A stretch of 64,000 bases of DNA from Nitrososphaerota archaeon (GTDB lineage: Archaea; Thermoproteota; Nitrososphaeria; Nitrososphaerales; Gagatemarchaeaceae), in the NCBI GenBank assembly GCA_027886975.1, contig JAPCJK010000001.1:12892-76891 (forward strand), in the 5' to 3' direction. Positions within the stretch are counted from its first letter, which is position 1. Each line of letters begins with the position of its first letter. The notes under the pieces were generated by a model. That model ran no database searches. It was not told where the DNA came from and saw nothing but the letters and a program-made list of their open reading frames with translations. Below, piece after piece: positions 8,894 to 17,306 of the stretch. A program made the position numbers and the translations under genes.

Positions 8894-10375
8894 TTGGCCC
8901 GGAATCCTGTCGTTCGAGACATTCTGAAGAAGTACAGGCAGATTTGGGCACTCGGCCACTCGATGGCTCTGATGGGTTGGGACACTGAAACGCACATGCC
9001 AGAGGGAGGTGCTACGCCGAGAGGGATTGCGTCGGGACAGCTCGCGGTCATGGCGCAGAAGGCGACCATCGAGCTGGATGGGATGGTCAGGAAGGCCGAG
9101 AAGGCGAAGGACCTGGACGACATGGAGAAGGGGGTGGTCCGCGTCCTCAGGAGGGGCCTGGACTACTACCTGAAAATCCCGCCCGAATTGGTGGATGAGA
9201 TTCAGCGTGTGACGACCGAAGCCACGGTAGTCTGGAGGACGGCCCGGAAGAAGTCGGATTTCAGGCTCTTCAGGCCTCATCTGGAGAAGATAGTGAATCT
9301 CGAGAGGAAAGTGGCGGAGAAGCTCGGTTATCAGAAGCATCCCTACAACGCCCTTCTGGACCTCTACGAGGAGGGGTTCACGGTCCGCGATGCCGACGCC
9401 GTCTACTCCAAATTGATACCTGCCAGCAGGAAGCTCGTCGAAAAGGTCATGGCGGCAGGGATGTATCCCGAAAAACAGCCGCTCGAGACCGCAAAGTACG
9501 AGACGGAAGCGATGGAGAGGGTCAACCAGGGAGTCGTGGGCATGCTGAAAATGCCGGGAGATAGGTTCCGGATGGACGTTTCGACCCACCCTTTCTCAGT
9601 CCGCATCGCCTCAGACGACGTCAGGATAACTACCAGGTACGAGGGAGAGAACTTCAGGGACTCTCTCTACGCAGTCATTCATGAATGCGGGCATGCGCTC
9701 TACGAGCTGGGGATTGACGAAAAGCTGGCGTACACCCCGTTGGCGGATGGTGCATCTTTTGGAATCCACGAGTCCCAGTCCAGGTTCCTGGAGAACGTCG
9801 TGGGGCGGAGCAGGGAGTTCGTGAAGCTCCTCGACCCGTTGCTCAGAAAGAACCTTCCCTTCGTTCATGGCTACGACAATGAGAAACTGTACAAGTACTT
9901 CAATGCGGTGAAGAGGAGCCTCATCAGAGTGGAAGCCGACGAGCTGACCTACAACTTCCACACGGCGCTCAGGTACGAGATCGAGAAGAAGGCAATCGCA
10001 GGGGAGGTCGAGGTCTCGGAGCTGCCATCTCTGTGGAACGACACCTTTGAGGAATATTTGGGGATGAGGCCCAAGAACGATGCCGAAGGAATCCTGCAGG
10101 ACGTCCACTGGAGCGGGGGTTCGTTCGGCTACTTTGCAACCTACACATTAGGAAACGTGGTGGCGGGGATGATCTGGCACAAGATGAAGGACGGCGAATT
10201 CGTGCGAGAGGCCCTACAGAGAGGGGACGTCATGGAGATAAGAGGATGGCTGAGGAACAACATCCACAGGTACGGGTCGACCTACGCGCCCAGGGCCCTC
10301 CAGATGAAGGTCTTCGGAGAAGCGTACAACCCTGAGAGGATACTGCAATATCTGAATGCGAAGTACTCGTCCTAG
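8894..10375 (+). CDS. Carboxypeptidase M32 (Taq/Pfu type)
   Basis: HPF, DVRITTRY, HECGHALYE (HExxH), HESQSR, IRVEADELTY, LQDVHWS, GYFATYTLG. Confidence 0.96.
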   Translation: MARNPVVRDILKKYRQIWALGHSMALMGWDTETHMPEGGATPRGIASGQLAVMAQKATIELDGMVRKAEKAKDLDDMEKGVVRVLRRGLDYYLKIPPELVDEIQRVTTEATVVWRTARKKSDFRLFRPHLEKIVNLERKVAEKLGYQKHPYNALLDLYEEGFTVRDADAVYSKLIPASRKLVEKVMAAGMYPEKQPLETAKYETEAMERVNQGVVGMLKMPGDRFRMDVSTHPFSVRIASDDVRITTRYEGENFRDSLYAVIHECGHALYELGIDEKLAYTPLADGASFGIHESQSRFLENVVGRSREFVKLLDPLLRKNLPFVHGYDNEKLYKYFNAVKRSLIRVEADELTYNFHTALRYEIEKKAIAGEVEVSELPSLWNDTFEEYLGMRPKNDAEGILQDVHWSGGSFGYFATYTLGNVVAGMIWHKMKDGEFVREALQRGDVMEIRGWLRNNIHRYGSTYAPRALQMKVFGEAYNPERILQYLNAKYSS

Positions 10376-10467
10376 GAACTCTTGCCGTCCAACTGGGCAA
10401 GTCTCGGGCTGAGTCCAGCTCCTCTCTTGTCCAAGTGACAGAATTTTTGTGTCGTGGTCGTAAAGGC

Positions 10468-10902
10468 CTAGCGATGGTTAGGGCCCCGAAGAGTGACCCC
10501 GTTCGAAGGAAATAGCTCGTCGTAGATTGGGATTTCGACGTTAAGAACGCTCTGACCCGATGAATCGACCCCATCCCATAGTGTTTCTGGTTCGATGTTT
10601 CTCCATTCGAGGCCTGCCAATATATTCCGGAGCCAGGGGATCGAGATTTGGTGGTCGCCGTACCGGCCCCCATGCGCTATAGCGGCTCGGACTACCCCTG
10701 CATAGTAGTCTGTTATGTTTGCGTTTGGACTGAACTCTCCCTTCACCCTTGAAGCGGCCAGCAAGTCCGCGCTGTCGGTGGGGAGCTCAGGGCTTACTTC
10801 AACCTCCGGCTGGAGATTCAGGTCCGCATCCCAGAGGCTGTTGTCATCGACGGACTTCAGTTTGCGCTTTATTCCGTCCATCATCGCAGATGGTATCGTC
10901 AA
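10468..10902 (-). CDS. Hypothetical protein
   Basis: 144-aa ORF filling the gap between genes; no motif recognised. Confidence 0.55.
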   Translation of the reverse strand: MTIPSAMMDGIKRKLKSVDDNSLWDADLNLQPEVEVSPELPTDSADLLAASRVKGEFSPNANITDYYAGVVRAAIAHGGRYGDHQISIPWLRNILAGLEWRNIEPETLWDGVDSSGQSVLNVEIPIYDELFPSNGVTLRGPNHR

Positions 10903-10995
10903 ATAGGTTTTTGAATCGATGCATTTGAAAACTGAAACGTGGGTCGTTCATCGGCGTTGAACGGGTTTCTGGAAGTCCGCTGAGTCGTCCAGGGT

Positions 10996-11475
10996 TCAGC
11001 TGGCAGTTATTCTGACGGAGTTCCAGACTGCCTCTGACCCGCTCCCGAAGTACCCCTCGACGCTTATCGTGTACATCTTACCCGGGGACACGATGATTGT
11101 CGCCGGGAATGTCAGATTCAGCACCCTGTTGATGCCTGGCTTGAAGGGGCCTTGGGCCCCACCCGCGGACTGATTGCCGACGAATACCTTGACGCTTGTA
11201 ATCGGCATTCCTCCAGAGGCGTTCAACCCTAGGGAGAGGGTGGCGTAATTCACAGGTCCCAACACGTCTGTGTAATTAACTGAAACCAGGCGGGCCGAAG
11301 TGATCGAGAAGCTCACGCAGGATGATGATTGGGTGGCGCATGAGGTGGTCTGGGTCGTGACCAAGGGAGTCTGTCCCTGCTTCCCAACCCCTGCCGTGGC
11401 GTAGTTCAGCACGACGACGAAGCCTACCACGAATGCAGTGCAAAGGGCCACTACGAGCAGGCTGCGGAGATACAC
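10996..11475 (-). CDS. Hypothetical membrane-anchored surface protein
   Basis: N-terminal hydrophobic helix, T/S linker, beta-rich C-terminal domain. Confidence 0.7.
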   Translation of the reverse strand: MYLRSLLVVALCTAFVVGFVVVLNYATAGVGKQGQTPLVTTQTTSCATQSSSCVSFSITSARLVSVNYTDVLGPVNYATLSLGLNASGGMPITSVKVFVGNQSAGGAQGPFKPGINRVLNLTFPATIIVSPGKMYTISVEGYFGSGSEAVWNSVRITAS

Positions 11476-11477
11476 GA

Positions 11478-12506
11478 TTAGTCGGTCTGAACCTGACCCG
11501 ATTTAGGCGCTTCGAGGTTGCCAGTCTCGCTCGGCAGGGCTCCTTTCCTCCAAAGCCTTCTGAAGAAGAGGATCATGACTGCATCGGCGAGTAGGGTCAT
11601 AGGTAGAGCGATCTCCGCCACGACTCCGAAGACAGCGATGGGGAGGATCAACCCAAGAGCGAGGGAAAGCAACCCCTTCCGATTTTCGCTTATGCCGGCA
11701 CTCCGTATGACATAGACCAAGAAGAGAGACTGCACCAGCATCACCAGAACGAAGTCAGGCGCCGCCGGCACGCCTGCCGCCCTCGGGATGTTCTCAGTAA
11801 GGAGGATCACCGGGAAGAAGGAGACACCCACGATGCCGAGAACCTTGTTGGATGAGCCGCGAATCACCGTCTTGGCGGCCAAAGCACCGGCTGGGATACG
11901 GCGTGCCGCAAAGATGAGTACGCCGATGAAGACCAGGCTCAGGATCAGGATGGGCAGACCCATCCAGTAGCCTGAGGCCCTGAACACGATGGCCATGAGG
12001 ACAAGTACGTCGGCTAGGAGTATCACGACGACAATTGCTATCCTTCTCTTGGAGAGAAGGCTCTTGCCGACGGTCTCCGGGAGTGCGAGTCCCAGCAACA
12101 AGATTGGGAGGGAGATGCTCCAGAGAGCGTGGAACGGCACGATCCCCGCAGACCAGACCCAGTTTACCCCGACCCAATGACCGTAGATGCCGAAATCACC
12201 CACTGGGCCGGCTTTAGGGTCGTACAGGGTGCTCAGTGCAACTCCCTCCTCGAGGATTCCGTAGGCGGCTCCGAGGAGCAGGACGGTCGCCCATCCCTTT
12301 TTCCACCTGACCTTTGCTTCGTAAATCAGGAGGACGCCAGAGCCGTATAGGCCGAGGTTCGCGGTCAGTTGGAAGAGGAACATGAACGGGTTGAGGATTA
12401 TCGCGTTAATCGGGCTCGAGCTAGAAAGGTACTCAGGAATCCCAGGAGTGAGCGCAAGGAGGAGCGCGACCGGATGAGATTTCAGGTATCCTGGCAGCGA
12501 CACCAA
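11478..12506 (-). CDS. Hypothetical polytopic membrane protein
   Basis: About 9-10 hydrophobic segments; PEYLS and YGILEEG motifs; 2 nt from the next gene. Confidence 0.8.
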   Translation of the reverse strand: MVSLPGYLKSHPVALLLALTPGIPEYLSSSSPINAIILNPFMFLFQLTANLGLYGSGVLLIYEAKVRWKKGWATVLLLGAAYGILEEGVALSTLYDPKAGPVGDFGIYGHWVGVNWVWSAGIVPFHALWSISLPILLLGLALPETVGKSLLSKRRIAIVVVILLADVLVLMAIVFRASGYWMGLPILILSLVFIGVLIFAARRIPAGALAAKTVIRGSSNKVLGIVGVSFFPVILLTENIPRAAGVPAAPDFVLVMLVQSLFLVYVIRSAGISENRKGLLSLALGLILPIAVFGVVAEIALPMTLLADAVMILFFRRLWRKGALPSETGNLEAPKSGQVQTD

Positions 12507-12554
12507 GTCACAATGGTTTAGAGAGGCCCTTGAAATGTGAATCGTCAGGCCAGC

Positions 12555-13016
12555 TCAAAGCTTAGCCCTCATCTCAGTCGTGGGCAGGAACCCCAGGCTC
12601 TCGTAAAGCGGCCTCCCCGCTTCGGAGGCGTGGAGGTTAACCCTCTCGTAACCATGTTCCCTGCACCATTTCAGGGCGCTCTGCACGATCAACCTCGCCA
12701 CGCCTTTTCGTCTGAACCCCGGCGCTGTGTACATGGACATTAGATACGGCGCGACCATGCTTGGATTCGTTGGCCTTGGCTGCTCGTCCCTCAGCCAGAT
12801 GCAACCGCTCCCTGCCACCTTGCCGTCTTGTGTCCGTACGACGAAGCCGGTGAGTCTAACATCCGAAAGCTTTTTCCTGATTCATTCCCGAGTCCACTCC
12901 TCCGATTCGTCTATCTTCGTCCCGAGCTCAGGATGGACCTCACGCAACAAGTTCGGCCTTTCCGCGGCGAGTAGCTCTAGGTCGCCAGGTCCGGCGTGGA
13001 CGAGATTGAATTCCAA
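12555..13016 (-). pseudogene. GNAT N-acetyltransferase interrupted by an in-frame TGA
   Basis: From TTG 13016: MEFNLVHAGPGDLELL...WTRE*IRKKL...SMYTAPGFRRKGVA...LHASEAGRPLYESLGF. The TGA at 12884-12882 is where a Trp fits. Confidence 0.8.
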
Positions 13017-13130
13017 ACAAGACGCCGAGGGGGCAGTCCGGTTCTACGCTTTATTCTCTATTCCGTTCCTGAGGCGTTTTCGGAAAGTTGAAAGCGCTCT
13101 ATTTGAGGGAGAGACGCCGGTGCTCATCAA

Positions 13131-13364
13131 TTGAGAATGTCGATAGCTGAAGTGATTGGAGTCGCCAAGAAGTTCCTAAGGGAGGATGCAGGATACGATA
13201 GGATGACGATCTCGTCAGTAGTCGCCATGGAGCCCGATTCAAAATGGAAGGTCATAGCAGAGATTTCGGGGATTGCGCCGCAGAAAAAGGAAGTGATCGT
13301 AGACGACAAGGACGGAAATGTTGTCTCGTACAAACCAGGCCAGGACAGGGAGGGCGCCGGTTGA
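13131..13364 (+). CDS. Small hypothetical protein (PepSY/GvpO-like pattern)
   Basis: IGVAKKFL...WKVIAEI...EVIVDDKDGNVVSY: helix followed by beta-meander. Confidence 0.6.
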   Translation: MRMSIAEVIGVAKKFLREDAGYDRMTISSVVAMEPDSKWKVIAEISGIAPQKKEVIVDDKDGNVVSYKPGQDREGAG

Positions 13365-13388
13365 GTAAGGAGAGGATGTAATACAGTC

Positions 13389-13638
13389 TTGACCTTCAAG
13401 TGCCTATCTGGACAACATTCAGTCCAAGACGGGGAAGTCACCGGATGATTTCTTCGAGTTGGCGAAGAAGAAGGACATGATCAAGCATGATAAGCTACTC
13501 GCAAAGCATGCCGAACTGCTTGCTTGGCTGAAATCTGATATTGGGTTGGGGCACGGTCATGCAAACGCGATGATACTGTACCTGAGGATTCGGACGAAGG
13601 ACCCTAGAGTACAAGAGACAAAGAAGAGACTGGATTAG
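13389..13638 (+). pseudogene. DUF4287 family protein with +1 frameshift (not in ORF track)
   Basis: TTG ACC TTC AAG, one extra T, then GCC TAT CTG GAC AAC ATT... gives MTFK/AYLDNIQSKTGKSPDDF...WLKSDIGLGHGHANAM...RLD*. Confidence 0.8.
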
Positions 13639-13661
13639 AACGGGAGAGACGAGACGTATCC

Positions 13662-15170
13662 CTAGGTGGCTTGGTTGGCTTCGGGCTTGCCCCACTGCAT
13701 GGGCGGCGGGTCTTTGATACGCAGAGCGATAACGAAGGCCAACGCTCCCAGCAACACTCCTGCGAATAGGGCGTATTGGAAGCCGGTCACCACTGCTGCA
13801 GCCGTTGCGAGGGCACCAGCGCCTGCTGCTGCCGGGGGGTCGAACACACCTGCAACGGTCAGAAGCACCGCCAAGCCGAGTGGGAATCCTATTCGGAATG
13901 AAGTGCTGACTACTCCCGAAGCGAGGCCTTCCTCGCCATGCTTTGTACCTGCGACCGCGGCGATGTTTACTGCCGGGAACCCGATACTGGCTCCTAGAGC
14001 CCATACAACCATACCCGGTACGATTCCGAAATAGTTCCCTTGCGCCGAAATTGGAATGAGCAACAGGACGCCGATTGTCACGAACGCGGATGATAGCAGC
14101 AGAGTCTTTCTGGCTCCGAACCTATTGAGCACGCGGGACGCTCCCCAGCCACCCACCAAGAAGAAGATCAGTGCGGGTGGGAGAGTGCCGAATGCTGCGG
14201 CTATGGCCGAATATCCGAGTATTACTTGGAGGTAAATGGTGAGTATGAAGGAGATTCCTCCAACGATTGAGGTGAGTACCAACGCAAGGGTGTTTGATGC
14301 TAGGACCGACCCGCGTCTGATGAAAGACAGCGGCATCAAAGGCGCCTTGGACCTGGATTCGATGAACACAAAGGCACCCAGTAGGACAAACGAGATGAGG
14401 AGCGGAACGTAGGTTAGCAATGCAGCGAACCCGATAGTAGCGGCGTTCGTCAAAGCATAGACGAATAGGACGATACCAGCTGTCACAGTTACGGCACCTG
14501 GCACATCAAGGTGCTTATTCTGGACCCAACCAGCGGCGTTTGGCAAGTACTTCTGACTTAGGAGAATCGCTACTATGCCGATCGGCACATTTACGAACAT
14601 CACATAGCGCCAACCGAAGAATGTTGTCAGGACCCCTCCCGCGAAGGCCCCTGCTACGAACCCGCCAGAGAGCACTGCTACAAACACCCCAAACTTCTTG
14701 TTCCTCTCGGGCCCTTCGGGATAAAGCCCCAGGAAAATCGCGAACGCTGTAACTGTGGTCATCGCCCCTCCGATTCCCTGCAAAGCCCTGAAGACCACTA
14801 GGGTCAGAAGATTAGGAGAGAGTCCACCCGCGAATGATGCCGCGGTGAAGACAGAGAGACCGATTAGGAAAATCTTCTTCTGGCCGAAGACGTCTCCCGC
14901 CCTCCCCATGAGTAAAAGGAAGCCAGCGAGAGTTATCGCATAGGCACCGTACACCCACTGAAGGTCCGCCGTGGAAACGGTGAACGACTTCTGAATCGAA
15001 GGCAGAGCTATCTGGACGATGGAAGCGTCTATGATGTCCAGGAAGTAGGCTGAGATAATTATTACGAAAGCCAGCCCGGCATGAGAAGCCATCCGTCCTG
15101 CTGCATTGGCTGAATTGGGCCACCCACCATCAGCACCAGCAGGTGGCGAATTTCCTTCGGCAGCGGACAT
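13662..15170 (-). CDS. MFS drug:H+ antiporter (DHA2, EmrB/QacA-like)
   Basis: DASIVQIALPSI, GRAGDVFGQKK, FRALQGIGGA, WRYVMFVNVPIG; about 14 TM segments. Confidence 0.93.
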   Translation of the reverse strand: MSAAEGNSPPAGADGGWPNSANAAGRMASHAGLAFVIIISAYFLDIIDASIVQIALPSIQKSFTVSTADLQWVYGAYAITLAGFLLLMGRAGDVFGQKKIFLIGLSVFTAASFAGGLSPNLLTLVVFRALQGIGGAMTTVTAFAIFLGLYPEGPERNKKFGVFVAVLSGGFVAGAFAGGVLTTFFGWRYVMFVNVPIGIVAILLSQKYLPNAAGWVQNKHLDVPGAVTVTAGIVLFVYALTNAATIGFAALLTYVPLLISFVLLGAFVFIESRSKAPLMPLSFIRRGSVLASNTLALVLTSIVGGISFILTIYLQVILGYSAIAAAFGTLPPALIFFLVGGWGASRVLNRFGARKTLLLSSAFVTIGVLLLIPISAQGNYFGIVPGMVVWALGASIGFPAVNIAAVAGTKHGEEGLASGVVSTSFRIGFPLGLAVLLTVAGVFDPPAAAGAGALATAAAVVTGFQYALFAGVLLGALAFVIALRIKDPPPMQWGKPEANQAT

Positions 15171-15182
15171 ACCAAACGGTAT
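15169..15182. promoter_or_regulatory. Putative TetR operator 1 (ATACC-N4-GGTAT) over the MFS start codon
   Basis: Sequence ATACCAAACGGTAT; the same palindrome recurs at 15273. Confidence 0.75.
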
Positions 15183-15272
15183 TTTGGTTAGGGGTAATAA
15201 GCCTTGTGCACAACGGTCCAGCCTTGCGTGCCTCTTTCATGAAACTAATCGGGCACTCATTATTCTATGAAC

Positions 15273-15286
15273 ATACCGAATGGTAT
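15273..15286. promoter_or_regulatory. Putative TetR operator 2 overlapping the tetR TATA box
   Basis: Sequence ATACCGAATGGTAT runs into TATATTAAA (15284-15292), 27 nt before the tetR ATG. Confidence 0.75.
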
Positions 15287-15319
15287 ATTAAACAGGGTGT
15301 TGTTTAGCACATTACCGAA

Positions 15320-15949
15320 ATGAGGGACCCGGAGAGAACCAGGGCCGCCATCTTAGACGCAGCTTTTACTGAAATCTACGAAAATGGATTCCAGGCCACG
15401 AGCATCGACGATATCGTTGCCAAAGCCTCAATGACCAAGGGAGCTTTCTTTTCCCACTTCCATTCAAAGAACGAATTAGGTTATGCCCTGGTCGACGAAG
15501 TGCTGAAAGATATGACACTGGACAGATGGATCAGACCTGTTGCTGCCTACAAGAACCCCGTCCAGGGAATAATCACCCGTTTCAGAAAGATAATCGAAAC
15601 TACGCCTGAGGAACACATTGCACTTGGGTGTCCTCTGAACAACCTCACGCAGGAGATGTCTGCGGTCGACCCCGTCTTCCGAGACAAAATCCAAGCGGTG
15701 CTTTTGATGTGGATTGAGGAGACAGAGAAGTACCTGAAGAAGGCTCAGGCCGAAGGCTACCTGAGGAAGAACGTGAACACAAGGCAAGTTGCGGAATTCG
15801 TCGTCATGGTGGAAGAAGGCTCCTTCGCTATTGTGAAGAACCTCAGAGACAAAAAGGTCTACTGGGCGCTGTACGAATCACTGAAGCAGTACCTGGAGTC
15901 CATCAGCGAGAGGCCCGAGGCAACTCAGGATCCGCTTGTACGTCGATAA
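15320..15949 (+). CDS. TetR/AcrR family transcriptional regulator
   Basis: RAAILDAA...GFQATSIDDIV...TKGAFFSHFHSKNEL HTH; GCPLNNL C-terminal motif; divergent from the MFS gene. Confidence 0.95.
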   Translation: MRDPERTRAAILDAAFTEIYENGFQATSIDDIVAKASMTKGAFFSHFHSKNELGYALVDEVLKDMTLDRWIRPVAAYKNPVQGIITRFRKIIETTPEEHIALGCPLNNLTQEMSAVDPVFRDKIQAVLLMWIEETEKYLKKAQAEGYLRKNVNTRQVAEFVVMVEEGSFAIVKNLRDKKVYWALYESLKQYLESISERPEATQDPLVRR

Positions 15950-15960
15950 GCGACCCAAGG

Positions 15961-16407
15961 TCATCTAGAGGCCTTCCTCAACCGCCAGTTTGTCGGCCGT
16001 GTAAACGCAAGAACCGCAAGGCTGACGAAGAATAGTTCTGCATTGTTGAACCAGACGATCGCAGGGAAGTAGGTCTGCAAGTTGAGTACGTGGTTGAAGG
16101 TGTCTACTTGGTCGAAGAGGATGATTTGTAATGTGGCCACGAATGCAATCAATGAGACGAAGAAAATCGCCTCCTTGACGCCTCTCTTCAGATTGCTGCG
16201 GCGAAAAGACAACACGGAAATCACCAGGACGACTGCGCACAGGGCACCCACGTAGTCTTGTATTTTCGACAAGAGGCCGGTCTTGTCCATGGACAAATAC
16301 CAAGTGTGGGAGACTGCCCAGTTGGCCGTCCAAGACCCGTAGAGCGCAACACCGGAGACAATTGCACTCCATTTTGCCATTCCGTCGATCTTTGACATGC
16401 TGACCAT
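15961..16407 (-). CDS. Hypothetical membrane protein
   Basis: Four hydrophobic segments; ATG 16407 follows the upstream stop by 4 nt. Confidence 0.6.
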   Translation of the reverse strand: MVSMSKIDGMAKWSAIVSGVALYGSWTANWAVSHTWYLSMDKTGLLSKIQDYVGALCAVVLVISVLSFRRSNLKRGVKEAIFFVSLIAFVATLQIILFDQVDTFNHVLNLQTYFPAIVWFNNAELFFVSLAVLAFTRPTNWRLRKASR

Positions 16408-16411
16408 CGCG

Positions 16412-16900
16412 CTAAGCGCTTGGCTTGCTTGCCTCAGCAACTAGCTTCTGGAATTCCCTGTCGAAAGTCCCTTCGGACCTGCTATGCACCTCTTGGAATA
16501 CGGGGTGCTTGGCCATGGTCTTCAGCCACGCGTGCCACTGACTCCAGGTATCCTCGTCTATCCATTTCTTTGCGTATAGCAGATAGACTCTTTCGAACAA
16601 AGAGTAATTCAGGAGCATATATCCGAAGACTGCGCCCTCCTGCGGAGTCACTTTGCGTGATTCCGAGCCTGCGGCCCTGGTGATTTCGGCCATCTGTTCT
16701 ACGAGGGCTGCCAGCTCAGGCTTCTGGACGAGCAGGGCGATGGTATCGGAGTAGTCATCCAAGGCCTTCTGGTAGGCGGCGTCCTTGATTGCCAAGTTCT
16801 GGCTGCGAAATTGGTAGATGAAGATAATCATGGTCAGGGTCAAGACGACCGTCTGGGCGAGAGTGAAGAGGACGATGGGGTCTGAGATGTCTGTTGCCAG
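16412..16900 (-). CDS. Hypothetical protein, N-terminal TM plus helical domain; probable CTG start
   Basis: Frame open upstream of the tracked TTG through the TM helix to CTG 16900, with GGAGG 9 nt upstream. Confidence 0.7.
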   Translation of the reverse strand: MATDISDPIVLFTLAQTVVLTLTMIIFIYQFRSQNLAIKDAAYQKALDDYSDTIALLVQKPELAALVEQMAEITRAAGSESRKVTPQEGAVFGYMLLNYSLFERVYLLYAKKWIDEDTWSQWHAWLKTMAKHPVFQEVHSRSEGTFDREFQKLVAEASKPSA

Positions 16901-17006
16901 TTCTATCGGCCTCCTATCCGGACAATTGTCTGGGTTATTTTAACAATGGACGCCGGGCTACAATCAAAAGGAATAAGGGGGCACCTTTGCGCTGAACGGT
17001 GAAGCC

Positions 17007-17294
17007 TTGAGCCAAGAAGAGTTCCGCGAATGGGTGAATCGAAGGTCGCACCTGCCGCTGGCGGTGAAAGGTCACACTTTCGTGATGAAGGAAGCCAACA
17101 TCGTCACTGTTGATGGGGGGAAGTTCGTCTACGAGGAGGCCCTTCAGCTGGTGAAGCAGCTGAACTCGAGGAGCCCCTTCGCCCAGATCAACGCAAGCGT
17201 CATGATTTGGGAGCGGAACGGAGGCCTGCGTCTGATAGTCCTCGGTCTTATTGCAGCCATAGTCGTGGTCGTGATTCTCTTCGCCAGGCGCTAG
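17007..17294 (+). CDS. Hypothetical protein with C-terminal TM anchor
   Basis: 95-aa ORF ending in a hydrophobic helix plus RR. Confidence 0.7.
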   Translation: MSQEEFREWVNRRSHLPLAVKGHTFVMKEANIVTVDGGKFVYEEALQLVKQLNSRSPFAQINASVMIWERNGGLRLIVLGLIAAIVVVVILFARR

Positions 17295-17306
17295 GATCCA
17301 GGACGG

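Noticed and set aside
8804..9589. Long N-terminal extension of the tracked 443-aa ORF 8258..9589
   Set aside because: It is the antisense shadow of the M32 carboxypeptidase; only the DUF1684 part (8258-8803) is credible.
12882..12884. In-frame TGA as selenocysteine or as Trp under an alternative code
   Set aside because: The position fits Trp rather than Cys, I see no SECIS-like element, and TGA terminates many neighbouring genes.
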